Assembly: GCA_963811165.1 (NCBI GenBank)
Contig: CAWEQH010000010.1
Span: forward strand, 256,001-320,000
Length of the DNA: 64,000 bases
Origin: an uncultured Nitrospiraceae bacterium
Lineage (GTDB): Bacteria > Nitrospirota > Thermodesulfovibrionia > Thermodesulfovibrionales > UBA6898
Direction of reading: 5' to 3'
This document shows positions 10,049 to 19,483 of this stretch, one piece after another. The position numbers and the translations under genes are program-made. Position 1 is the first letter of the stretch. Each line of letters begins with the position of its first letter. The notes under the pieces were generated by a model. That model was not told where the DNA came from. It was given only the letters and a program-made list of their open reading frames with translations, and searched no databases.

Positions 10049-11354
10049 ATGATTCCTGTCCTTCTTTTGTTGATCATTGCGGGCATACTATTTTCGTGCG
10101 CTACCGCATCTGCCGAGGTGTTGACGCTTCCCGAAGGACTGAGGCTGGTCACACAAAACAGCAGGCTTATTAGGATATCCCTCGGCGATGAAAGAATATC
10201 CGAAGCCGATTCGTGGATCGAAAAAGCCAGGCTATATCCCACGGTAAATGCGGCCGCAGGCGGTACCCTTCTTGCGCACCAGCCTGGCGCGGTCTTCGGC
10301 GACATCTCGGTCCCCATGTCGCAGAAGGATTTTTATAACTACAGTTTGAACGTCCGGCAGACCCTCTACGACTTCAGGGAGAACGCCTCCAGATACGGGT
10401 CGTCCATGATGAAAGTGGAGGCGAAGAAACTCGACACGCGAAGGATAAGAAATCTTGCTGCGATCGAGTTCGCGGTCATCTATTTCGACATCCTCGAATC
10501 AGAGAAGATGGTCTATGTGGCAGAGAAGGAGGTCGAGAGGCTCGAATCCCACCTGCGCGATGCCAAAAACCTCTATGATGAGGGCTCAATAACGAAAAAC
10601 GACCTGCTTCAGGCAGAGGTGAGGCTTTCAGACGCAAGACAAAGGCTGCTGATCGCAAAGACCGGCAGGGAGATAAACGCCTCCCGCCTCAATAATTCAC
10701 TTGCCAGGCCGCTTAAGACCCGAGTGGAGGTGGTCGATGTGAGGGAAATTCCCCGGGAGTTCCTCGATGTCAATATGGACATGGAAAAGGCGTGGGAGGT
10801 TGCGGAGAAACAGAGGCCGGAGATACAGATAGTGGATGCAACGCTTAAGTCCCTCGATTTAGACGAAGAGGCGAAGAAGGCCGAATTTTACCCGAAGCTC
10901 TTTGCGGAGGGTTCATATGATTATACCCAGAACCGCTACGCGACCGCCCAGGGGAACTGGGCCGCGACTTTGGGCCTCGGCATCAACCTTTTTAGCGGCG
11001 GAAAGACAAAGGCGGAGGTGGCGAAGGTCAGGTTTCAGAGGGAGAAGCTGATCGAGCAGAGGAACCAACTTGTTGATGAGATAAGACTTGAAGTCGAAAG
11101 ATATATCCTCGATTCAGTCACGGCGCGGGACAGGGTGAAGGTCACAAAGGATGCTGTCCGCCAGGCGGAGGAGAATCTGAGAATAAACAGGGTAAGGTAC
11201 ACGGAGGGAGTCGGCACGGCCACTGAAGTCCTCGATGCGGTGACATTGCTCTCCGTTGCCGAGACGAATTACTATAGATCGGTCTATGATTTAGGGAAAG
11301 TCGGAGATATCGGTGCTCTATGCGATCGGGAAAGACTTGGTGGAGGTATACTGA
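10049..11354 (+). CDS. TolC-family outer membrane efflux protein
   Basis: Signal peptide from ATG 10049 (the ORF track starts at 9974); OEP-type repeats (RLYPTVNA, FYPKLFAEG, RYTEGVGTATEVLDA). A probable +1 indel near 11295 puts the natural end at ..YAIGKDLVEVY* (TGA 11352-11354); the ORF track ends at 11371. Confidence 0.85.
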
Positions 11355-11387
11355 TAACGACCCTCTACTGAAGCCATAACTCCGCAA

Positions 11388-11412
11388 ACCCCCTCTTATC
11401 TTAAGAGGGGGT
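11388..11412. repeat. REP-like palindrome downstream of tolC
   Basis: ACCCCCTCTTA-TCT-TAAGAGGGGGT, related to the palindrome at 10014. Confidence 0.6.
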
Positions 11413-11464
11413 GTCCGAAGGACGGGAGCGTTACTTTAAGAATGGGAGTTACTGTGAGGATAAA

Positions 11465-12580
11465 ATGGACGAAATGAAACAGAACGAGGGTAATCAGCCC
11501 CTCAACAATAACCAGAGTAGAAAAAAGACGGCCTTGATTGTCTTTGCCGCCCTTGCAATCATCGGCGCCGTAGTAGTCTATTTTTATCTGCAGTATAAGA
11601 GCACTCATATCACCACAGACGACGCCTTTATAGACGGCCACATCCATACAATAGCGGCAAAGATAAACGGTACGGTAAAGAAGGTCTATGTGGAACATAA
11701 TCAATTGGTAAAGCAGGGCGACATCCTTGTCGAGGTAGATCCGATTGATTACGATGTGAAAGTGAACGAGGCAGCATCTGCAGTCAATGCGGAAAAGGCA
11801 AAGCTTACCGAAAGGGAGGCGGGGATTGAGGCCTCCAAAAAATTACTGGCGGAGCTTGGGGCAAGACTTGAGGCCGCAAAGGCGAACCTGCAACTTCAGG
11901 AGGCCAACTTTAAGCAGGCCGAGATTGATGTGCGCCGGGCAGAGGGGCTTTTCAAAAAAGATACAATCTCGAAAGAAAGACTCGAAAGGGTGCAGACTGC
12001 ATATGATGTTTCAAAGGCACAGGTCAAGTCAGCAAGGGAACTCCTCAAACAGGCCGAGGTTGCGCTAGAAACCCAGCGGGCCATGGTAAAGCAATCAGAG
12101 GCCGCAAGAGCGACGCAATCGGCAACTGTTAAGCAAAAGGAAGCGACCTTAGAAACCGCAACGCTGAATTCCGGCTATACAAAGGTTGTTGCGCCGATAG
12201 ATGGTTATGTAACGAAGAAGTCTGTTGAGGTGGGCAACCAAATACAGGCGGGACAGCCTATCATGGCGGTTGTACCTCTTAGCGATATTTATGTGACTGC
12301 GAATTACAAAGAGACCCAGCTTGAGAAGGTGAGGCCCGGACAGAAGGTGGATATTAAGGTCGATACCTATCCGGGAAAGGTATTTAAAGGCAAGGTCGAA
12401 AGTATTATGGCCGGCACCGGCGCGGTCTTTTCTCTTTTTCCTCCTGAGAACGCAACCGGAAATTTTGTGAAGGTCGTGCAGAGGATTCCGGTAAAGATCG
12501 TGTTCGAAAAGAATGCCGACCCTGATCATGTGCTTAGGATGGGGATGTCGGTGGAGCCGACCGTACTTATTGAGAAGTAA
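11465..12580 (+). CDS. emrA: EmrA/HlyD family efflux membrane fusion protein
   Basis: TDDAFIDG and FSLFPPENATGNFVKVVQRIPVKI signature. Start chosen at MDEMKQ (ORF track 11411). Confidence 0.9.
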   Translation: MDEMKQNEGNQPLNNNQSRKKTALIVFAALAIIGAVVVYFYLQYKSTHITTDDAFIDGHIHTIAAKINGTVKKVYVEHNQLVKQGDILVEVDPIDYDVKVNEAASAVNAEKAKLTEREAGIEASKKLLAELGARLEAAKANLQLQEANFKQAEIDVRRAEGLFKKDTISKERLERVQTAYDVSKAQVKSARELLKQAEVALETQRAMVKQSEAARATQSATVKQKEATLETATLNSGYTKVVAPIDGYVTKKSVEVGNQIQAGQPIMAVVPLSDIYVTANYKETQLEKVRPGQKVDIKVDTYPGKVFKGKVESIMAGTGAVFSLFPPENATGNFVKVVQRIPVKIVFEKNADPDHVLRMGMSVEPTVLIEK

Positions 12581-12627
12581 CGCGCAATGGCGGAGGCTGC
12601 TGCGCATATCTCGGGATAATCTGGCTC

Positions 12628-13422
12628 ATGGACGACTGGAAGCAAAACATCTATTTTGTCCTTGTGGAACCGAAGGAGCCGGGGAATATCGGGGCATCGG
12701 CAAGGGCGATAAAGAACATGGGGTTCAGAAACCTCTGCCTTGTGAAGCCGCCTGCCGAGATGTCCGGGGAGGGGAGGTGGTTCGCCCGCAATGCTCATGA
12801 CGTACTCGATGCCGCGGAGGTCTATGATTCTTTGGGGGAGGCGATAAAGGACAAGGCCTTGGTCGTGGGGACGACGAGAAGGAAAGGGAAAAGGCGCGGG
12901 GTCATTTTGCCGGTAGAAAAAGGGGTGACAAGGGTCTGCGACATGGCGGCCAAGAATAAGGTCGCCATCCTATTTGGCCGGGAGGCAAGGGGTCTTTTTA
13001 ACGAAGAGGTCGAGGAATGCGGTTTCATGCTCAACATCCCAAGCAGCAAGATCCAGCCCTCTTTGAACCTGGCCCAGGCAGTCTTACTTACCGCATACGA
13101 ACTTTCGAAATGCGGATATCTGCCCGGGGACGCGGGCAGCGAAATAGGAAAAAAGAAATTAAACAACTGGTCCCTCAAAGGAGACCTTGCCTCCCATGGA
13201 GAGGTCGATCCTTTATATGAGAGGATATCCGGCGTGCTCGAGCTTCTGGATTATATCCCCAGGGGCGACAGGAACCTAAGCAAAAAAATCATCACGAACC
13301 TCAAGCATTTTATCGGAAGGGCAGGGCTTACCGAGTGGGAGCTTAACATGCTCCACGGCATATGCACCCAGATAGAAAAGAAGGTGCCCAAGAGACAGTC
13401 GATTAAGGACCCTCATGAATAA
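12628..13422 (+). CDS. trmJ: SPOUT tRNA methyltransferase, TrmJ/LasT family
   Basis: VLVEPKEPGNIGASARAIKNMG, AILFGREARGL and SLNLAQAV motifs. Confidence 0.85.
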   Translation: MDDWKQNIYFVLVEPKEPGNIGASARAIKNMGFRNLCLVKPPAEMSGEGRWFARNAHDVLDAAEVYDSLGEAIKDKALVVGTTRRKGKRRGVILPVEKGVTRVCDMAAKNKVAILFGREARGLFNEEVEECGFMLNIPSSKIQPSLNLAQAVLLTAYELSKCGYLPGDAGSEIGKKKLNNWSLKGDLASHGEVDPLYERISGVLELLDYIPRGDRNLSKKIITNLKHFIGRAGLTEWELNMLHGICTQIEKKVPKRQSIKDPHE

Positions 13423-14956
13423 ATGGAGTAAATGGATCATCGCTCTGACCGTCATGCTCCCGACCCTGATCGAGATCATCGACACGTCGGTGGTGAACGT
13501 GTCGTTAGACCATATCAGGGGCAGCCTTTCGGCGGGCATCGACGAGTCGACATGGACAATCACCTCTTATCTTGTCTCAAACGCGATCATCATCCCCATG
13601 ACCGGATGGCTGAGCAGGCTCTTCGGAAGAAAACGGTACCTCGTCATTTCAGTAACGCTCTTTACCATTAGCTCTTTCCTCTGCGGTATGGCATGGAGCC
13701 TCCAGAGCCTTGTTATTTTCAGGATACTTCAGGGCGTAGGCGGCGGCGCTTTCCAGCCGATATCACAATCCATATTGCTTGAGACCTTCCCACGAAAACA
13801 GCACGGCATGGCGATGGCCCTTTTCGGGGTCGGCATAATGTTCGGCCCGATAATCGGGCCGGTCCTCGGGGGATGGATCACGGACAACTGGTCCTGGCAC
13901 TGGATATTCTTCATCAACATCCCGATCGGCATCGTTTCGGTCCTTATGATACTTTTATTCATACAAGACCCGCCCTATATGCAGCGGATGAAGATGAAGA
14001 TCGATTACTGGGGTCTTGCACTTCTGAGCGTCGGGCTCGGCAGCCTGCAGATAGTTCTGGACAAGGGCCAAAGGGACGATTGGTTTTCCTCTGAATTCAT
14101 CACGGTGCTTACCCTTGTTTCGGCGGTCTCCCTTTTTCTTTTTGTGATTGTAGAGCGCTATTTTGCCGAGCATCCGATCGTGAACTTCAAGACCTTTAGA
14201 AACATGTCATTCAGCACCGGCAACGCAGTCATGTTCTTTGCCTTTTTCAACCTCTTCGGCAGTATCGTGCTGCTCCCGATCTATCTGCAGACCTTGATGG
14301 GCTATAATGCGACGCTGGCCGGTCTGGTGCTCGGCCCGGGCGGTATCGCTACGCTGATCGCCATGCCTATTGCAGGGCGACTGGTCACAAAGGTGAACCC
14401 AAAGGCCCTTCTTGCCTTCGGCATCACCGTGGCGGCATATTCGACCCATCTCATGTCACAGTTCAGTCTGCTGGCCGATTTCCGCACCGTCATATGGCCG
14501 AGGATCGTTTTAGGTGTCGGTATGGGATTTCTCTTCATTCCGCTTACTACGATGACGATGTCCAGTATCAAAAAGGAGGACATGGGGAATGCATCTGCGA
14601 TATACAATCTCCTTCGGAACCTCGGGGGGAGTTTCGGCGTTGCCTTTGTGACGACGATCATCGCCAGAGGCGCGCAGACGCACCAAAACAGCCTCGTTGA
14701 ACATCTTACCCCGTTTGACAGGGGGTATCAGATAGCGGTTTCGCAGGCGGGGCATGCACTGGCATACTCCGGAATGAATCCTGTGGTGGCCCGTAGCGCC
14801 GGTCCTGAAACGATATATGGGCAGCTCCTTCGTCAGGCGTCGATGCTTTCTTTTAATGAGGCATTCTATCTCCTCAGTATCTTCATGATCCTGATCCTCC
14901 CGCTCGTCTTTCTGATGAAGAAAGCGAAGGGCGAGGCGCAGGCGGGGATGCATTGA
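13415..14956 (+). CDS. emrB: DHA2 family MFS efflux permease
   Basis: IDTSVVNVSL, WTITSYL, GPVLGGWITDNWSWHWIFFINIPIG; many TM helices. Confidence 0.9.
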   Translation: MNKWSKWIIALTVMLPTLIEIIDTSVVNVSLDHIRGSLSAGIDESTWTITSYLVSNAIIIPMTGWLSRLFGRKRYLVISVTLFTISSFLCGMAWSLQSLVIFRILQGVGGGAFQPISQSILLETFPRKQHGMAMALFGVGIMFGPIIGPVLGGWITDNWSWHWIFFINIPIGIVSVLMILLFIQDPPYMQRMKMKIDYWGLALLSVGLGSLQIVLDKGQRDDWFSSEFITVLTLVSAVSLFLFVIVERYFAEHPIVNFKTFRNMSFSTGNAVMFFAFFNLFGSIVLLPIYLQTLMGYNATLAGLVLGPGGIATLIAMPIAGRLVTKVNPKALLAFGITVAAYSTHLMSQFSLLADFRTVIWPRIVLGVGMGFLFIPLTTMTMSSIKKEDMGNASAIYNLLRNLGGSFGVAFVTTIIARGAQTHQNSLVEHLTPFDRGYQIAVSQAGHALAYSGMNPVVARSAGPETIYGQLLRQASMLSFNEAFYLLSIFMILILPLVFLMKKAKGEAQAGMH

Positions 14957-14968
14957 GACGGGCGGTCA

Positions 14969-15102
14969 CATGCCGGAGAGGACCATCTTTTCGCTCATTC
15001 TCGGCCCCGAAAGTTATCGAGGTCTCCGAGGCAATTTCTCACATCGCCTGCCCAGGCAATGCGAGAAATTGAAGCTGCTCAAAGACGGTCCTCTCCGGCG
15101 TG
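14969..15102. repeat. 134-bp highly structured intergenic element (MITE/REP-like or ncRNA)
   Basis: Terminal inverted repeats CATGCCGGAGAGGACCATCTTT / AAAGACGGTCCTCTCCGGCGTG enclose two internal hairpins. Confidence 0.65.
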
Positions 15103-15157
15103 ATAACAAGAGCGTTTAGTAGTATCATAAATTTGGCAAATAAATGCGAAATTTGTT

Positions 15158-15186
15158 TTGACATTTATTTTTAGAATATGTATCAT
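15158..15186 (+). promoter_or_regulatory. Sigma70 promoter of csp
   Basis: TTGACA-17 bp-TATCAT with extended -10 TG. Confidence 0.65.
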
Positions 15187-15314
15187 TCGTACTGAAGTTT
15201 AAGGAGTTTTTGTTTCTGACGAGGCCACAAAGACTTTTAGCTTTGCGGCCTTTTTTGTTGATGCGGTGCAGTCACATCCCGAGACTTTAGTTTATACGTA
15301 AGGAGGTAACCGAT

Positions 15315-15515
15315 ATGGCGAACGGAACAGTGAAATGGTTCAACGAGTCAAAGGGGTTTGGCTTTATCACTACCGAAGACAGCGGCGATGTATTTGTTCA
15401 CTATTCCGCCATCCAAAGCAACGGGTTTAAGTCCCTTGCAGAGGGTGATGCGGTCAGCTTCGACATTGAAAAGGGCCCGAAGGGTCCCAAGGCGATAAAC
15501 GTAGTTAAGGCCTAG
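15315..15515 (+). CDS. cspA: Cold-shock protein
   Basis: [15 protein letters not shown] and VFVHYSAI (RNP1/RNP2); AGGAGG RBS. Confidence 0.95.
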   Translation: MANGTVKWFNESKGFGFITTEDSGDVFVHYSAIQSNGFKSLAEGDAVSFDIEKGPKGPKAINVVKA

Positions 15516-15539
15516 TCGAATTTCGATAATTGTTTAGAT

Positions 15540-15568
15540 AAGTCCCCCTGCAAACGGGGGACTTTTTT
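15540..15568 (+). terminator. Rho-independent terminator after csp
   Basis: AAGTCCCCC-TGCAAAC-GGGGGACTT followed by a T run. Confidence 0.8.
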
Positions 15569-15721
15569 GTGTGCGGATACGAATCCATTGGCACCGTGAG
15601 AAGACGTTCTCCCTTCTCACAGGGTTGACATTTTCCCCTGGATTATTCTATAAAAAGTAAGGGCTTGCATCATTCACGCCCGTCGCGGCAAAATCTGATT
15701 ACCATCATTGTGAGGTGTGAT

Positions 15722-17638
15722 ATGACTGTGCAAAAATTCGAATTCAAGACTGAAGTTAAAGAACTTCTCAACCTGATGATCCATTCCCTTTATTCCCATA
15801 AGGAGATATTCCTCCGGGAGCTGATCTCAAACGCCTCAGACGCCATCGACAAGGCACGGTACGAGTCCCTCACTAATAGCGGAATCATAGACGCTGCCGG
15901 CCCATGGAAGATCATGATAAAAAGGGACAAGGCCGCCGGGACGCTGACTGTCGGCGACAACGGTATCGGCATGACAAAGGATGAGATGATAGAGGCCCTA
16001 GGCACGATCGCCCATTCCGGAACGACCGACTTTCTCAAGGCTCTTCACGACAAGGACGTCAAGGACAAGCCGGAGCTTATCGGACAGTTCGGTGTCGGTT
16101 TTTATTCTTCTTTTATGGTTGCCGACAAGGTTGTGGTTATCTCGAGAAAGACCGGTGCGGCGGACAAGAAAGCGGTCTCATGGCAATCCGCCGCGGACGG
16201 TCTCTTTACGGTGGATGAAGCCGAAAAAGAGACGGTCGGTACCGACATTGTGCTGTACCTTAAAGAAGAGGAAAAGAAATATCTCGAAGAATGGGAGTTG
16301 CGTTCCGTCATCAAGAAATACTCCGACTACATCGAATACCCGATCGTCATGGAGGTAGAGAGGGAAAAGGAGGACGAGAAAGAGAAGGGCAAAAGGGTAA
16401 AGGTAACGGAGGAAGAGACGATCAACTCCGGAAAGGCGATCTGGCTTAAGGACAAATCCGAGGTTCAAGACAGCGAATACAAGGAGTTTTATAGGCATAT
16501 TTCGCATGATTTCGGAGACCCGGCAAAGATCATCCACTATAAGGCAGAGGGGACCTCGGAATTTACCGCCCTCTTTTACATACCTTCCAAGGCCCCTTTG
16601 GGGATGTTTTACAAGGATTACAAGATCGGTCCGGCCCTTTATGTGAAGAGGGTCCAGATCATGGACCATTGCGAGCAGCTGGTCCCGGAGTACCTTAGGT
16701 TTATAAAGGGCGTGGTCGATTCGTCCGACTTGCCATTAAACGTTTCGAGGGAGATTCTCCAGAACAACAGGCATGTGGAGATCATAAAAAAGAATGTAGT
16801 AAGGAAGGTGCTCGACACCCTCGCTGAGATGAAAAAAAACGATTATCCTCAGTACGTCGATTTTTACAAGGAATTCGGCAGGGTACTGAAAGAGGGCATT
16901 CATTACGATTTTTCCAAGAAGGAACAGATAGCAGACCTTCTCCTTTTCCACTCGTCAAAGACCGGGGCCGATACGTTTACTACCCTCCAGGATTACGTAA
17001 ATGCACTGCCGGCCGGTCAGGAGGACATCTATTATATTACCGGAAAGACGTACGAGGAGGTCTCGAAATCCCCTTATCTTGAGGCGTTCAGGGAGAAGGA
17101 CTACGAGGTGCTTGTCATGCTCGACGATATCGATGATTTCATCATGGGCGACCTTTTTGAATACAAGGGAAAGAAATTGAGGTCCGTGGTCAAGGGCGAC
17201 ATCGATCTGGACAAGGACGGGGCATCGGCAAAGGAAAAGGTAAAAGGGGAATACGAGAAACTGATCGAGTTTGTCAGGGAGATGTTAAAGGACGATGTCA
17301 AGGACGTAAGGCTCTCCGGACGGCTGAAGGACTCTGCCTGTTGCCTTGTTACGGAAGAGGGCGGTCTCGACCCCAATATGGAGAAGATGCTTAAGGCCAT
17401 GGGCCAGGAGGTCCCCCCAACGAAGAGGGTCCTCGAAATAAACCCTTCTCATCCCCTGCTTGAAACGATGAAGGCGGTACTTGAGAAAGAGGGGAGGGCG
17501 CCTGTATTAAAAGAATACGCCGAACTCCTCTATAACCAGGCATTGCTTCTGGAGGGGTCACGGCCGAAAGATCCCGCGACATTTGTCAAGTCCATTTCGA
17601 AACTCATGGTCGATAACGCCAAACAAAAGACCGGGTGA
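15722..17638 (+). CDS. htpG: Molecular chaperone HtpG (Hsp90)
   Basis: YSHKEIFLRELISNASDA, IGQFGVGFYS, DLPLNVSREILQ. ATG 15722 follows a GAGG RBS. Confidence 0.96.
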   Translation: MTVQKFEFKTEVKELLNLMIHSLYSHKEIFLRELISNASDAIDKARYESLTNSGIIDAAGPWKIMIKRDKAAGTLTVGDNGIGMTKDEMIEALGTIAHSGTTDFLKALHDKDVKDKPELIGQFGVGFYSSFMVADKVVVISRKTGAADKKAVSWQSAADGLFTVDEAEKETVGTDIVLYLKEEEKKYLEEWELRSVIKKYSDYIEYPIVMEVEREKEDEKEKGKRVKVTEEETINSGKAIWLKDKSEVQDSEYKEFYRHISHDFGDPAKIIHYKAEGTSEFTALFYIPSKAPLGMFYKDYKIGPALYVKRVQIMDHCEQLVPEYLRFIKGVVDSSDLPLNVSREILQNNRHVEIIKKNVVRKVLDTLAEMKKNDYPQYVDFYKEFGRVLKEGIHYDFSKKEQIADLLLFHSSKTGADTFTTLQDYVNALPAGQEDIYYITGKTYEEVSKSPYLEAFREKDYEVLVMLDDIDDFIMGDLFEYKGKKLRSVVKGDIDLDKDGASAKEKVKGEYEKLIEFVREMLKDDVKDVRLSGRLKDSACCLVTEEGGLDPNMEKMLKAMGQEVPPTKRVLEINPSHPLLETMKAVLEKEGRAPVLKEYAELLYNQALLLEGSRPKDPATFVKSISKLMVDNAKQKTG

Positions 17639-17645
17639 CGCCTTC

Positions 17646-18230
17646 TTACAGTACGTGAACGCCGAATTTCTTGAGGGCCTCTGCCAGGGCGCTCAGGGGG
17701 AGACCGATGACATTGAAATAATCTCCCTCGATTTTTTCAACTATCAAAGAGCCCAGGCCCTGGATTGCATAAGCCCCCGCTTTATCCAGGGGTTCCCCTG
17801 TCCTTACATAGGACAAGATCTCTTTTTTCGTCAATTTTCTGAACCATACTTTTGTCTCGACCGACCTCGAAACGATCTTGCCGGTTTCAGTATCGATGAT
17901 CGTAAGTCCCGTAACGACTGAATGGGACCTTCCGTTGAGAAGTCCAAGCATCCGGATCGCCTCTTTCTCGGTGTGGGGCTTCCCCATCAGGTGATCCCTA
18001 TAAACGATGAAGGTGTCTGCCGCAATAATAAGCGCATCGCGGTATTTTTTTGCCACCGTCTTTGCCTTTTCCGAGGAAAGACGCCGCGCCAGAAAGCGTG
18101 GGTTCATTCCCGGGAGCAACACTTCCTCATAACTGCTGGGATCGACACTAAAAGGCAGCCCTGTTATGGCAAGCAGCTCCTTTCTCCTTGGAGACGAGGA
18201 AGCCAGCACTATCTTCTTTCTGTCAGACAT
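17646..18230 (-). CDS. maf: Maf family nucleotide pyrophosphatase
   Basis: LASSSPRRKELL, IIAADT, DKAGAYAIQG, NVIGLP. Confidence 0.93.
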   Translation of the reverse strand: MSDRKKIVLASSSPRRKELLAITGLPFSVDPSSYEEVLLPGMNPRFLARRLSSEKAKTVAKKYRDALIIAADTFIVYRDHLMGKPHTEKEAIRMLGLLNGRSHSVVTGLTIIDTETGKIVSRSVETKVWFRKLTKKEILSYVRTGEPLDKAGAYAIQGLGSLIVEKIEGDYFNVIGLPLSALAEALKKFGVHVL

Positions 18231-19398
18231 ACCGTCCCGCAGCAGAACCCGAGGCCCAGGCCCAATGGAGATTGAATCCCCCCAACTGTCCGGTCACATC
18301 GAGGACCTCACCGATGAAGTAGAGACCCGGAACCTTCTTTGATTCGAATGTCTTAGAGGACAGCTCTTTCGTATCGATACCCCCCACCGTGACCTCGGCC
18401 TGAGCGTACCCGCCGGTGCCCGCAGGTCTAAGAGACCACTGATGCAGTCCCCGGGCGATACCTTCGAGTTCTCTCTGGTTGTACTGATAAAGGGGCCGCG
18501 AAACAAAATGGCGTGAGCAAAACATCCTGCCGAACCTCTTCGGAAGATATCGTGCCAGCAGGGTATGCATCTCCATCCTGCTTTTCGACTCCTGCATGAA
18601 GAGCTCCAGGGCGTCGAGGCCGGGCAGTAAGTCGATTGTGATCGCGTCGCCGCTTTTCCAGTAAAGCGAGGTTTGGAGGATTGCCGGGCCGCTCATGCCG
18701 CTATGGGTAAAGAGGATTTCGCCGCGGAACAGCCTTTTTCCGCAGGAGATGGATGCGTCTAGCGATACGCCGCTTAGTTCCCTGAAAAATGCTGCATCGC
18801 CCGGGGGAAAGGTAAAAGGAACGAGACCGGGATGCAGGGGCGTGGTCCTGATGCCGAACTGGCCTGCGATGCGGTATCCAAGATCGCTTGCTCCCAGTGC
18901 GGGATATGACAACCCTCCGGTCGCAACTACCAGCGACTGGGATTCAAGGACATCCCGGCCGGCCACTATGTTGAAGAGGTCCTTCTTCGCGACGGACTCC
19001 ACTTTTTGATGAAGGCGTATTTCAACGCCCGCCTTCCTACATTCGTTATGAAGCATTTCGACAACGTCAAAAGAGGTGTTCCTGCAGAACAATTGACCGC
19101 TTTCTTTCTCATAGTAAGGGATGCGGTAGCCGTCGAGAAGAGCCATGAAATCTTCGGGGGTAAAACGGGAAAGCGCTGATTTGCAGAAATCGGGGTTGTG
19201 GGACAGGTAATTGCCCGGGCATGCATGGAGATTCGTGAAATTGCAGCGACCGCCGCCTGAGACGCGAATCTTGGACGCGGTCTTCCCTGCGTGATCGATG
19301 AGCAGCACTGAGCGTTTCCTCTTCCCGGCCTCTCTTGCACACATAAGGCCCGAAGCCCCGGCGCCTATGATGATTACATCCGTCCTAAACGACATCAC
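18223..19398 (-). CDS. HI0933/YhiN (BaiN) family flavoprotein oxidoreductase
   Basis: IIGAGASG, SGGGRCNFTN, ATGGLSYP, GQLGGFNLHWAWASG. Confidence 0.9.
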   Translation of the reverse strand: MMSFRTDVIIIGAGASGLMCAREAGKRKRSVLLIDHAGKTASKIRVSGGGRCNFTNLHACPGNYLSHNPDFCKSALSRFTPEDFMALLDGYRIPYYEKESGQLFCRNTSFDVVEMLHNECRKAGVEIRLHQKVESVAKKDLFNIVAGRDVLESQSLVVATGGLSYPALGASDLGYRIAGQFGIRTTPLHPGLVPFTFPPGDAAFFRELSGVSLDASISCGKRLFRGEILFTHSGMSGPAILQTSLYWKSGDAITIDLLPGLDALELFMQESKSRMEMHTLLARYLPKRFGRMFCSRHFVSRPLYQYNQRELEGIARGLHQWSLRPAGTGGYAQAEVTVGGIDTKELSSKTFESKKVPGLYFIGEVLDVTGQLGGFNLHWAWASGSAAGRYV

Positions 19399-19483
19399 TG
19401 ATGAGTATTGTACAACACCGCCTTCCCGGAATGTTACTGCGGGGACTTTTTAAACATGCGGCTGAAAATAGTACAATAGGTGC

